Source: Minisyncoccota bacterium (lineage in GTDB: Bacteria > Patescibacteriota > Minisyncoccia > Minisyncoccales > JAGOPM01). Taken from it: a stretch of 64,000 nucleotides of DNA. The notes under the pieces are model-generated. The model saw only the letters and a program-made list of their open reading frames with translations. It searched no databases and was not told the DNA's origin. Position numbers and translations under genes: made by a program. The stretch lies in NCBI GenBank assembly GCA_041651395.1, contig JBAZJI010000002.1, forward strand, positions 13,010 to 77,009. Reading direction: 5' to 3'. Shown piece by piece: positions 34,369-43,290 of the stretch (the first letter of the stretch is position 1; each line of letters opens with the position of its first letter).

Positions 34369-34396
34369 TTGACTTTGCAATTTTTTGTGTTATAAT
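34369..34396 (+). promoter_or_regulatory. class-L promoter cassette TTGACT-16-TATAAT
   Basis: aatttgactttgcaattttttgtgttataataaagaatataaagattatg, ~90% identical to the 59788-59832 cassette. Confidence 0.65.
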
Positions 34397-34412
34397 AAAG
34401 AATATAAAGATT

Positions 34413-36959
34413 ATGCAAATTGCTCAAATTATGGAAAACCTAGAAGAAAATAGTAAGGTTGGTAAAAGAGTTAGAGGGGATAAGGTCGGTCTTATCCAAG
34501 AGGTTATTGACGCCCTACAGACGTTGTTAAATTGGGCAGTTTATGAGGATGAAAATAAAGCGGCGACTAGGGGAGACTTAGAAGCAGCGAGAGAGAGAAT
34601 GAAACCAAAACCAACAGCTTCTAGTGGTAGCAGCGCTTCTTCTGGTGCTAATTGGAATGCTAGAGTTGGCGAAACGATTATCGGGAACTTGGGACGTGGT
34701 GAAGGTGGACGGTTTATCAGTGCTGCTAATATTACAGCTATGATGAATCAGTTAGAGAAAGAGAATATTTCACCGGATATGTTTACCGGTATGCAAGATT
34801 TGTTAGCGGGCAAGGAAGTTAGCGCAGCTATTTTAGAACAGTTGAAAGCAGCGGGTTTAGCGACTGAGGACGGGAAAGCATCTTCTAAGACTGTACAGAT
34901 TATCACGGCAATGAAAACCGGTGATCCTGATAAACTAAAGGGTACACTGAAGGAAACCGGTAAAGCGCCTGGTAAAGGTAAGGTAAGCGGAAAAAAGCCA
35001 AAAGAAGCGCCGAAACCGACTAAAGATGAAGTTGCCGCAAAGAACATAGATGAAACCGGTGCTAAGTTGATTGAACAAAATAGAATGACACAGAATCAAT
35101 TAAATGCATTAAAGATGTTTGCTAATGGAGAAACAGTTGACAATACTTTGATGAAAGAATTGATTGAAGCCGGTATTGTTTTGGTTAATGATGATGGGTA
35201 CTTTGCTTTTACCGGAAGCGGTGAAAGGTTCTTTGGGGCATTAGAGAAAGCCGACTTGAGAAAGGCACTTGACGAATTAACCAAAGCTAGACAAGAATAT
35301 TTGGACAGTCAAGAAGAAGAGTCAAAAAATTTTGAGGATGATAGCAATAATTTTTGCTTCGGCTTTAAGGTTCTTCAAAATGGTTATATTCTCAGTTTGA
35401 CAACTAATGCTTATGAGGACAGGGAACGGGAAACCTTTACTCTAAAATCCATTGAGGATTATGTCAGTAGAAATTTAGAGAATGATGAAAAAGGAACTTA
35501 TCAGTTTTGGCATATACCCGGTAGCGATTTTGCAGACATTCTGTGGCAAGGTGTAGCTGGTAAGTTTTTGGTAGAGATCGGGAAGTTTAGAGAAGACGAA
35601 ATTGGACAGGGATTTAGAAGGTTCTTTACCGATAATCCAGAGGGACACAAGGAATTAGCGCCGGTTGGATGGGGTACTAGTCACGGTTTTGTCTATAAGA
35701 AATACGATAGAGAAGATGGGGTTTATGAGTGGTTTGATAAACAGGAAACTACCGTTCTGCCATTACAGGAAGCGGCAAATATTTATACGTTAGCTGAATT
35801 TATGTTGGGTGAGAAGGCTATGGAATTAAGTGAAAAGCAAATTGAGGCAGTTAATAAAATTGGCGCGGAGGTTGGTATGCCATCATTGTTAGAAAAGATT
35901 TTGGGGATGGGCAAGAAGAGAACTGAAGCCCTAGATGGGGCTGGCATTTCTTCTAAACAAGCGGTTATGAAAACAGAAGACGGGAAAGATTATCCGGCTA
36001 GTTGTTACGCTTATGTACCTGACCCTGAAGCAGTTGATACTTGGAAACTGAGAATGTGCGCAGTGGGTACTACTGAGATTACCAGAGAACAATTAGGTGC
36101 TGCTGCCGCCGCTTTTAGTCCGGGTGGTTTTAGGGGAAATAAGGTAGAGTTACCAAGTGAAGATGTGGATAAGGTTAAGGCAAAGTTGAGAAGCGAATAT
36201 TCAAAGTTGGATGTAGCTAGAGAGGATATGCCAGAAAGTATTAAATCGTTGGAGGTTGAAGTGAAGGATGTAAAAGTAAAGTTTGCAGAAGCGTCAAAGG
36301 CTTGTGCTACTGATTTGCGAAAGAAAATGGACGATGTTTTGTCAGAAATGGAAAAAGAAGATTCTGATAAGGTCGCTATGGTCAGACAATTAGCAGAATT
36401 AGTTGCGCAGGTTACAGAAGAGGAACTGAGAGTACAGCTGGAAGAGTTGGTTAATTCGATGTTGGAAATGCTGAAACCGACAGAAGAAGCGTCAACAGAA
36501 GAAGAAGTTGCCACAGAAGAAGCGCCGGTTGCAGAAGAAGAAAAAGCTGAAGTAGATGTTGAAGCAATTGCTAAGGCGTTAAAGTTAGACGAACTTTCAA
36601 TTCTGTTAGAAACTCAAACTAAGGCGATTGCGGAAAGCGCAGAGAAGATCAAGGCTTTTGAAACTGTGGTTAATGCTATCCAAGAATTAGTTGAGAAGGA
36701 TAAGGCGCTGTATGAAAAGTTGGAAGCATTAGAAAGTGAAGTTAAGGGACTGAGAGAGAAATCAGTCGAATTAGCAAAAGAAGATGAGGTTAAGGTTGCC
36801 GAAAAACAGGCTAGATATACTCCGTTTTGGGCAAGTAATTTTCAAGCATCGAAGGCGGCTGAGACTGTGTTAAGCAGCGCAGAAAAGAAAAAGTTAAGCG
36901 CCCCTGAAGTTCCTAGTGTTATTCAATCTATGAGTAAGAAAGTTTTTGGAGGTAAGTAA
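34413..36959 (+). CDS. large acidic coiled-coil head morphogenesis / scaffolding-like protein
   Basis: 848 aa directly upstream of the putative capsid gene; E/K/A-rich coiled-coil C-terminal half; central globular segment of unknown family. Confidence 0.45.
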   Translation: MQIAQIMENLEENSKVGKRVRGDKVGLIQEVIDALQTLLNWAVYEDENKAATRGDLEAARERMKPKPTASSGSSASSGANWNARVGETIIGNLGRGEGGRFISAANITAMMNQLEKENISPDMFTGMQDLLAGKEVSAAILEQLKAAGLATEDGKASSKTVQIITAMKTGDPDKLKGTLKETGKAPGKGKVSGKKPKEAPKPTKDEVAAKNIDETGAKLIEQNRMTQNQLNALKMFANGETVDNTLMKELIEAGIVLVNDDGYFAFTGSGERFFGALEKADLRKALDELTKARQEYLDSQEEESKNFEDDSNNFCFGFKVLQNGYILSLTTNAYEDRERETFTLKSIEDYVSRNLENDEKGTYQFWHIPGSDFADILWQGVAGKFLVEIGKFREDEIGQGFRRFFTDNPEGHKELAPVGWGTSHGFVYKKYDREDGVYEWFDKQETTVLPLQEAANIYTLAEFMLGEKAMELSEKQIEAVNKIGAEVGMPSLLEKILGMGKKRTEALDGAGISSKQAVMKTEDGKDYPASCYAYVPDPEAVDTWKLRMCAVGTTEITREQLGAAAAAFSPGGFRGNKVELPSEDVDKVKAKLRSEYSKLDVAREDMPESIKSLEVEVKDVKVKFAEASKACATDLRKKMDDVLSEMEKEDSDKVAMVRQLAELVAQVTEEELRVQLEELVNSMLEMLKPTEEASTEEEVATEEAPVAEEEKAEVDVEAIAKALKLDELSILLETQTKAIAESAEKIKAFETVVNAIQELVEKDKALYEKLEALESEVKGLREKSVELAKEDEVKVAEKQARYTPFWASNFQASKAAETVLSSAEKKKLSAPEVPSVIQSMSKKVFGGK

Positions 36960-36961
36960 AA

Positions 36962-38395
36962 ATGAGTGAGTTAGAACAAGTACTTGCAAAGTACTTTGCA
37001 GAATCTTATGGTAAAAAGGCCCCAACGGGTACTCCTACCACAAATAATGTTCATGGGCCTGGTGGTATCTTTGGTGTTGCCGGTTTAGACCAACAGATTA
37101 TTAGCGCTAGAGTTGCCCCGCGTGGTGTTGCGCAAATGTTGACTGTAAACCCAACGGTTTACACTGACCCAATGTACCCATACATTACCGGTATGGAATT
37201 TATTAACAGTACTCAACCGGTTGGTGTTTGTGATACTTGTGTAAGTGTAGAAACCGAAAGTTGTATTCAGACTGCGCCTTTAGGTAGAGTTTGTGTTGAA
37301 TCTAAGGAACTGGAAGTTAATAGAACGTTCCAAAGAATTAACGCCGGCGAAATGGATTTGCAACTGGTTAATAGTATTCTTGGACAAGATGATAGCTTTG
37401 TACCGACTCCTTCACAAGGAGAACAGGCTATCAATATGGCCATCGCTTGGGCAATGGTTGAAATTGGCGTTGGGATGCAGAACCTTTTAACTCCGATGGT
37501 TTGGAATGGCAACCCTGGCAACAATACCGCCGGTGGCGGCTATAAAGAATTCATTGGACTTGATACTCTAATCGGCGTCAATAAAGTGGATGCAATTACC
37601 GGTACCCGTTGTAATGCACTCGATTCTGACGTTAAGGAATTTAACTATCAAACTATCGGTTCTACTGACGCGGCTGGTAATTTCAATATCGTTAGATATA
37701 TGAATATGGTTTCTGTGTATGTGAAGCATAATGCAGAAAGACAAGGTTTAATGCCGGTTCAGTGGGCGTGGGTGCTAAGACCTGAGGCGTGGCAAGAACT
37801 CTTGGAAGTTTGGCCGGTTGCTTACTATACTAATAGACAGTTGACTTTACCGGCCGGTAATACTACATTCTTAGATGGTGTAAGAACCGCACAGCTTAGA
37901 GAAGAAATGAGAAACGGTATGTTTATTGATACCGCTGCCGGTAGATTCCCAGTTGTAACCGACGACGGTATCTTTGAACACGATTCTACTAATGATGCCA
38001 ACGTTCCTGCCGGTTCTTTCGCTTCTACATTCTACTTTGTACCGCTATCATATCTCGGAAGCCGTCCAGCTACCTATCTCGAATATCTCGATTATCGTGG
38101 TGCTTTGCCAGAAATTCGATCATTGAATGAAACCGATTCATATTGGGTATCGGATAATGGTCGGTTTATGTGGACACAAGAACAATTTAAATGGTGTTTC
38201 ACAGTATCAGGAAAAATTGAACCAAGAATTATACTTCGTACTCCACAACTTGCGGGCAAAATCGAACACGTACTTTACACGCCTCTTCAACACCTTAGAA
38301 GTTTTGACGAAGATTCAGACTACTTTTATAAGCAAGGTACTCCTTCTCGTGATTATCCAAGCTTATGGAATGACTATAACTACCCTCGCCAGTAG
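36962..38395 (+). CDS. putative major capsid protein
   Basis: 477 aa, 2 nt after scaffold-like gene, followed by strong terminator; position and composition only. Confidence 0.55.
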   Translation: MSELEQVLAKYFAESYGKKAPTGTPTTNNVHGPGGIFGVAGLDQQIISARVAPRGVAQMLTVNPTVYTDPMYPYITGMEFINSTQPVGVCDTCVSVETESCIQTAPLGRVCVESKELEVNRTFQRINAGEMDLQLVNSILGQDDSFVPTPSQGEQAINMAIAWAMVEIGVGMQNLLTPMVWNGNPGNNTAGGGYKEFIGLDTLIGVNKVDAITGTRCNALDSDVKEFNYQTIGSTDAAGNFNIVRYMNMVSVYVKHNAERQGLMPVQWAWVLRPEAWQELLEVWPVAYYTNRQLTLPAGNTTFLDGVRTAQLREEMRNGMFIDTAAGRFPVVTDDGIFEHDSTNDANVPAGSFASTFYFVPLSYLGSRPATYLEYLDYRGALPEIRSLNETDSYWVSDNGRFMWTQEQFKWCFTVSGKIEPRIILRTPQLAGKIEHVLYTPLQHLRSFDEDSDYFYKQGTPSRDYPSLWNDYNYPRQ

Positions 38396-38413
38396 TCTAT
38401 ACATTCAATCAAT

Positions 38414-38450
38414 AAAAATAGAGTGGAATTTGTTTCCACTCTATTTTTTG
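38414..38450. terminator. bidirectional terminator between convergent genes
   Basis: 11-bp stem aatagagtgga/tccactctatt flanked by A-run and T-run. Confidence 0.7.
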
Positions 38451-39364
38451 TTTCTGCAAATTGTATTTATGTAATACTTGGTTACTCCAAACATCTTACC
38501 CAAAACTTCTCTATGATAACCAAGTGTTTTTAATCTTCTTATTTCGTCTTTGTCTGATTCTGTCAGTTTTCTAATGTGGCATTTCTTGACATTTTCGCTT
38601 TGTGTAACATACTCAAGATTTGATAAGGTATTGTTTTGTCTGTTGCCATCTATGTGATTAACCACCAGATCGGATTTTCCAAAGAATGTTAATGCAATCA
38701 ATCTATGGATATATTGCCTATCTCTATGTGCATTCTCGATTAGGTTTACTTTTACATATCCATTAGGCTGTATCTGTGGTTTAAGTGCGTTACCTGATTT
38801 TGTGCTCAGTATCCTTCCATAATCGCTGGCATAATAACAAGTATATCCTGGTATCAACTTCACGGTTTCACCTTCTAAAACTTCAAAATCAAATCTCTTT
38901 TCTGAATCTTTCTTGTCTGTTTTTAATATGTTGCGTATAGTTGTTTTTGATACACCCATCATTTTAGCTATTTTTCCATAGCCGTACCCATTATTATGTA
39001 ATTCGATTACAGTGTTTTTATCAGGTGGCTGTTTAGCTTTAGTTAATCCACTGATATGATAGGCGCAATGGATAGCGTTTTCAGATTGTGTCACCGCTTC
39101 TAAATTAGAAAGACGGTTATTTTGCTTATCACCATCTATGTGATTTATATTATAACCGTCTTTCAAATCAAGAAAAGCCATAGCAACAACTCTATGAATG
39201 AGCATTACATTATGATTTATGCAAACTCTACCGTATCCATCTTGTTTGTTATAGTTAATGTTTAATGTATCGCGTTTGTAGGCGCTGTAAACTTCACCGT
39301 CGCTACTCACTACATACGCATTATCAAATCCCGGTATTGTTCTCCATTCAGTCATACCCAACAT
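38441..39364 (-). CDS. homing endonuclease with duplicated NUMOD4 + HNH_3 modules and HTH
   Basis: Two copies of IPG(F/Y)...Y.(V/A)S..G...S followed by HI(D/N)G(D/N)(K/R)QNN.LSNLE.VTQSEN; HTH GYGKIAKMMGVSKTTI. Confidence 0.75.
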   Translation of the reverse strand: MLGMTEWRTIPGFDNAYVVSSDGEVYSAYKRDTLNINYNKQDGYGRVCINHNVMLIHRVVAMAFLDLKDGYNINHIDGDKQNNRLSNLEAVTQSENAIHCAYHISGLTKAKQPPDKNTVIELHNNGYGYGKIAKMMGVSKTTIRNILKTDKKDSEKRFDFEVLEGETVKLIPGYTCYYASDYGRILSTKSGNALKPQIQPNGYVKVNLIENAHRDRQYIHRLIALTFFGKSDLVVNHIDGNRQNNTLSNLEYVTQSENVKKCHIRKLTESDKDEIRRLKTLGYHREVLGKMFGVTKYYINTICRNKK

Positions 39365-39391
39365 TATACCAGCAATTGGTAAATGTGCAAG

Positions 39392-39643
39392 TTATTGTTT
39401 ATAACTAAACTCTTCAATCACTCTATCCTTGAATGGATAGAGAACTATATAAATCAATTTCGGTTTTGATTCAGGATAGCGATTATGAATTATCCTAAGT
39501 GCTTTCAGTGCTTTCTTTTTGGTTTCATAGTATTTCGTACTGTGACAAAATCCATCTATCGGTTTATGTATGATTTTGTCTTTATGCCAAGTATACCCAT
39601 TATTCAATGTAATTTTAATTAGCTTATTACGCTTCCCCATCAA
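39392..39643 (-). CDS. hypothetical protein
   Basis: 83-aa ORF. Confidence 0.5.
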   Translation of the reverse strand: MMGKRNKLIKITLNNGYTWHKDKIIHKPIDGFCHSTKYYETKKKALKALRIIHNRYPESKPKLIYIVLYPFKDRVIEEFSYKQ

Positions 39644-39995
39644 ACCACCTCTTAATCGTTGCGATGGTCAAATCAACCTCATTGAAAAGCCGTTCTTGCT
39701 TTTCGTTGTCAAGGCAACTGAACTGAGTTCTAAAAACCTCTAAGCCGTCTTTCAGTCCCATTTCATCTATCATATCGGGAAACAGATCATTAGAGGTTCT
39801 CTTTGAGAGAATAGCATAACACCATTCTTTAACTCCCTCTAGTTCCTTGTTTTGCCATTCATTATACAGCCCGATCATACAGCGCTTCAGTTGATGATAA
39901 TAGGCTGTAATCTTAGTACCATCTTCTAACCAACAGATACAATTCTGTTTACCCGTTGGGCGATACTCTTTATAATTCCAGGTTTTGTAATTCAT
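39627..39995 (-). CDS. hypothetical protein
   Basis: 122-aa ORF. Confidence 0.55.
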   Translation of the reverse strand: MNYKTWNYKEYRPTGKQNCICWLEDGTKITAYYHQLKRCMIGLYNEWQNKELEGVKEWCYAILSKRTSNDLFPDMIDEMGLKDGLEVFRTQFSCLDNEKQERLFNEVDLTIATIKRWFDGEA

Positions 39996-39996
39996 T

Positions 39997-40809
39997 TTAG
40001 TTTACCTTTATTCCTGTAATTTCTTCAAACACCGTTGCATCAAACCATTCCCATTCTACAAATTCTTTCTTTAGTTCTTCTGGGATTGACCTCCACCAAA
40101 TCTCACAAGCCGTTTTATAATCGCGCTTTAACAATACCCCTTCTTGACATTCGTACTTTTTGTACTCTTCTTTCTCTTCTTCTGTCATATCGTCAAATGA
40201 CAGCCAGTATGTTAATGGAAATTCGTAATTGTACAACAAACAGCGAATGTTTTCATACTTGTCGTCATTAAAGAAGTCTTCAAACTCAATATCGGTTTGC
40301 TTGTTAAAAATGCGCATTTTTGGAGTATCGCTGCAAAACAATCCTGAATTCCAATTGCCTGAATTCCAATTGCCTGAATTCCTATCGCCTGAATTCCAAT
40401 CGCCTGAATTCCAATCGCCTGAATTCCTATCGCCTGAATTCCAATCGCCTGAATTCCTATCGCCTGAATTAGCTAATCCGCTATTAGCTTTACCCAAATT
40501 TACCACTTCAAGAACTTCATTCCAAGTTAATTCTCGAACAATTTCAATATCATCTGTAACGCTCTTATCATCACTGTCAAAAACTTCACCACGTGCAACA
40601 ACTTCACACACACGGTTTCTAATATCGAATGAATAATAATTAAAAACGTCTTTAGCCTTACGACAAAAATGAAAGCCAGATTCGCACAATTCAATCCTGC
40701 CATTATGCTTATAACGTTTTCCAACCTCATATTGAAAGTTGTTACGACACTGCAAATTTTCATCAAAACATTTGTATCCTGTAACCATTTCTATTCTCCT
40801 TTTCTCCAA
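39997..40809 (-). CDS. protein with tandem N-S-G-(D/N)-(W/R) pentapeptide repeats
   Basis: 270 aa; NSGLANSGDRNSGDWNSGDRNSGDWNSGDWNSGDRNSGNWNSGNWNSG central array; N-terminal Cys/His domain ...CESGFHFC... Confidence 0.65.
   Translation of the reverse strand: MEKRRIEMVTGYKCFDENLQCRNNFQYEVGKRYKHNGRIELCESGFHFCRKAKDVFNYYSFDIRNRVCEVVARGEVFDSDDKSVTDDIEIVRELTWNEVLEVVNLGKANSGLANSGDRNSGDWNSGDRNSGDWNSGDWNSGDRNSGNWNSGNWNSGLFCSDTPKMRIFNKQTDIEFEDFFNDDKYENIRCLLYNYEFPLTYWLSFDDMTEEEKEEYKKYECQEGVLLKRDYKTACEIWWRSIPEELKKEFVEWEWFDATVFEEITGIKVN
40343..40470. repeat. 8.5 tandem copies of a 15-bp unit (cctgaattcc[at]at[tc]g)
   Basis: Direct reading; each unit carries GAATTC; encodes the pentapeptide array on the minus strand. 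Confidence 0.9.
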
Positions 40810-41042
40810 TACTCTATCGAATTTTTCTTTTCAAAACCTAATCCTAAAAGCGTGCTTTCAGCATCTTCTAAGGTAAACCACATCGTTTGATGTTCTAACA
40901 TTTCACACGGCGCTTGCCCGTGTTTAATCACCGGTTGACGTTTGTTGTCAACATTATACGTTGTCTTTCCAACAAGATCGAAACCATTATACCGATTATG
41001 CTCCCAATGGAGCAGATCATACAACTTGACCTGTTCTTCCAT
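40791..41042 (-). CDS. hypothetical protein
   Basis: Start moved to MEEQVKLYDLLHW (GGGGAG SD); N-terminal part of ORF 40791-41321 overlaps the better ORF in another frame. Confidence 0.5.
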   Translation of the reverse strand: MEEQVKLYDLLHWEHNRYNGFDLVGKTTYNVDNKRQPVIKHGQAPCEMLEHQTMWFTLEDAESTLLGLGFEKKNSIEYWRKGE

Positions 41043-41346
41043 ATTTCTCCCCTGATTTACTAAACGTTTCATTAGTTGCCAACATTTCTTCCATATCTTC
41101 AAGATCAATATGGGATACACCGTGGTAATAATCTTCTTCTTTGGTAAACCCGTCCTCAATGATTGGGCAGTTTGGATTACGGCAAACTCCCCAAATTGAA
41201 GTATAGCGTTTGTCTTTTGTATCTTCAAACACCATAACAATTTCCCAATCATAACCGGCGCAACACAAGCCAGTATAAATATCGTCAACCTTAACCTCGC
41301 CAGTTGTTGTAATTTCACCATCTTCTTCTAAATGTACTTCAAGCAT
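41017..41346 (-). CDS. hypothetical acidic protein
   Basis: Start moved to MLEVHLEEDG (AAGGAG SD). Confidence 0.5.
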   Translation of the reverse strand: MLEVHLEEDGEITTTGEVKVDDIYTGLCCAGYDWEIVMVFEDTKDKRYTSIWGVCRNPNCPIIEDGFTKEEDYYHGVSHIDLEDMEEMLATNETFSKSGEKYGRTGQVV

Positions 41347-41377
41347 AACGCAAAATCTCCTTATCAGATTTAACAAC

Positions 41378-41406
41378 ATTTTACACCCATTGGGCTATCC
41401 TGTCAA
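41378..41406 (-). promoter_or_regulatory. promoter TTGACA-17-TAAAAT
   Basis: Reverse complement of tgtcaa 41401-41406 and atttta 41378-41383. Confidence 0.45.
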
Positions 41407-41423
41407 TACCCAATTTCATAAAA

Positions 41424-41451
41424 TTGACAAATTAGTTATTTGTGCTATAAT
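41424..41451 (+). promoter_or_regulatory. promoter TTGACA-16-TATAAT (TGcTATAAT) for the glycan island
   Basis: ttgacaaattagttatttgtgctataat; ATG 41459 is 8 nt past the -10 (leaderless-type). Confidence 0.6.
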
Positions 41452-41458
41452 TCTTGAA

Positions 41459-41827
41459 ATGGAAGTTACAAGAGAATACCTAATACAAAACAAGAATCAC
41501 ATCTTTGTTTTTGGAGACAACCAAAAACGTATTGGAACCGGTGGGGCAGCGAAACTTAGAGATTTACCCAACACCTACGGTTTCATAACTAAGAAATATC
41601 CCTGTAATCATAATTGGTGTTTTTATGCTTCCAGTGAATACATACCGGTTTATGCTTTTGAAATTGTCCGCTTGATTGCAGAGATTGAAAGCAATCCCGA
41701 CAAAATCTATCTAATCTCAAAGATCGGTAGTGGACTAGCTAACAAATTCAGAATCTTTGAAAACGTTATTGAACCTAGCATCAAAGCAGATTTGTCCCAA
41801 TATACTAACGTGGTGTTTTTATGGTAG
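41459..41827 (+). CDS. hypothetical protein (HIFVFGDN..RIGTGGAA motif)
   Basis: Start moved to MEVTREYL because upstream ORF codons cover the promoter; family not recognised. Confidence 0.5.
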   Translation: MEVTREYLIQNKNHIFVFGDNQKRIGTGGAAKLRDLPNTYGFITKKYPCNHNWCFYASSEYIPVYAFEIVRLIAEIESNPDKIYLISKIGSGLANKFRIFENVIEPSIKADLSQYTNVVFLW

Positions 41828-42528
41828 ATATATCAGTTCTCTTAGTAACGTTCGGTAGACCCAAAGAAATCAGAAAGACGGTTTACGAACTTCTAAAGCA
41901 TCAAAATTACCCACTGGAAAATTTACACTTTCATCTTGCGGATAATGATACCGAAAGGCGTTTAGGTATCAAAGATTACACTTCAATGATACTTTCTGAC
42001 TTTTCTTTTCTCAACTGGACATACTCAATTGAAACACGGCCAGGATGGGGATACAACGTTAATACGGTATTAAAACAGATAAACACGAATTATATCTTTT
42101 TAATTGAGGATGACTATGTTGCACATCGTCCAGTAGATTTGGTGTCTGGGGTAGAGTTAATGGAAGCACAAGCCAACATCGGTTTAATTCGTTATGATGG
42201 GATAGCAGCGCATAACGGCTTAATCCTTCACCTTAGAGAGGCAACAACACCCAATGGAAAGAAGATAGATTATTGTCTCATAGACAAGAGCAGTCAACAT
42301 CTTAATGTATACTCTAATCGCCCTCACCTTAGACACAGACGGTTTACCGATTGCTATGGATATTATATAGAAGGGAAAGCATTAGGAGTAACAGAAGAAA
42401 CGATGGCACATAATGTACTAGACAAGAAACAATGTCCAGATGTTGCCATCTTAGGAGACGGTATAGCGAATGCTTTTGAGCATATCGGCGCATCATTTCA
42501 GGGTAGCGAATTCGACAAAAGGAGCTAA
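41821..42528 (+). CDS. glycosyltransferase family 2-like
   Basis: ISVLLVTFGRP...LADNDTE...FLIEDDYV (GT-A fold, DxD-like). Confidence 0.6.
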   Translation: MVDISVLLVTFGRPKEIRKTVYELLKHQNYPLENLHFHLADNDTERRLGIKDYTSMILSDFSFLNWTYSIETRPGWGYNVNTVLKQINTNYIFLIEDDYVAHRPVDLVSGVELMEAQANIGLIRYDGIAAHNGLILHLREATTPNGKKIDYCLIDKSSQHLNVYSNRPHLRHRRFTDCYGYYIEGKALGVTEETMAHNVLDKKQCPDVAILGDGIANAFEHIGASFQGSEFDKRS

Positions 42529-42531
42529 AAA

Positions 42532-42762
42532 ATGGATAAGAAAAATGATTTAATTTTAGAACTGAATAAATGTCTTGAAACAGCCGTTGGAATTAAGTTT
42601 AAGTTGAGAGAGTTAGTAGAAGATAATAGAGAATCTGCGTCTGGGATTGACCCGATTGCAAAACTAGATGTGGCAATGATTAGAACAGAAGATTTATATA
42701 AAACGTTAAAAGAAATTAACGAACTGTCAACAAGAATTATTTCATACTTTGGGGTAGAATAA
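42532..42762 (+). CDS. hypothetical protein
   Basis: 76-aa ORF. Confidence 0.5.
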   Translation: MDKKNDLILELNKCLETAVGIKFKLRELVEDNRESASGIDPIAKLDVAMIRTEDLYKTLKEINELSTRIISYFGVE

Positions 42763-42766
42763 TCCT

Positions 42767-43009
42767 GTGGTTAGTACTCCTAACTATACCAAAGCGCAAT
42801 TACTCAAACGAAGGTTGACAGTTGCCTTTCTGTTGTTGTTAAACTTACACCCGTTCAAAGCGGTATCTATGTTGTATACCGCTTTATGGTTTTATTTCAA
42901 CGACGATAGAATCAAGAAAAGTCACGAAGTAGTTGTGTACGGAAACCATAAAAAATATACAACTGATGGAATTCTTATATTTGATGAAAAAGGAAAATCG
43001 GTAGAATAA
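42767..43009 (+). CDS. hypothetical membrane protein
   Basis: 80 aa, GTG start, one to two hydrophobic helices. Confidence 0.4.
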   Translation: MVSTPNYTKAQLLKRRLTVAFLLLLNLHPFKAVSMLYTALWFYFNDDRIKKSHEVVVYGNHKKYTTDGILIFDEKGKSVE

Positions 43010-43011
43010 AA

Positions 43012-43290
43012 ATGAATAAAGAACAACTTGAAGGATATTTATTGGCCTGTTGTGATTCGATTGATAGACTCATAGAAACAGGAAAACTAAAAGAGGATGA
43101 TCTGGCCGGTAAACTTGCAGAGAATTTGAGAGAGTATATCAGACTTAACCAGCCGGCAGGTTGGCAGTGGTGGCATTATCAAACCTATCCTATATATACA
43201 ACAACATCAAGCTCAAAAATTTGTCAATACTGTGGAAAAACTATCGGTGAAAACGAATTACACTTTTGTAGCGGTTGCAACACATTATGA
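43012..43290 (+). CDS. hypothetical protein with C-terminal CxxC...CxxC
   Basis: 92 aa; CQYCGK...FCSGC. Confidence 0.5.
   Translation: MNKEQLEGYLLACCDSIDRLIETGKLKEDDLAGKLAENLREYIRLNQPAGWQWWHYQTYPIYTTTSSSKICQYCGKTIGENELHFCSGCNTL

Noticed and set aside
36011-36514. 167-aa Ser-rich minus-strand ORF, with similar antisense ORFs at 34748-35047 and 35096-35284
   Set aside because: These are antisense shadows of the E/K/A-rich scaffold-like gene: GAA/GCT-rich codons read as Ser/Phe on the opposite strand.
40229-40636. 135-aa plus-strand ORF with a PEFQ(L/S)PEF repeat
   Set aside because: It is the antisense reading of the 15-bp tandem repeat. The minus-strand ORF 39997-40809 is longer, has flanking non-repeat domains and fits the operon.
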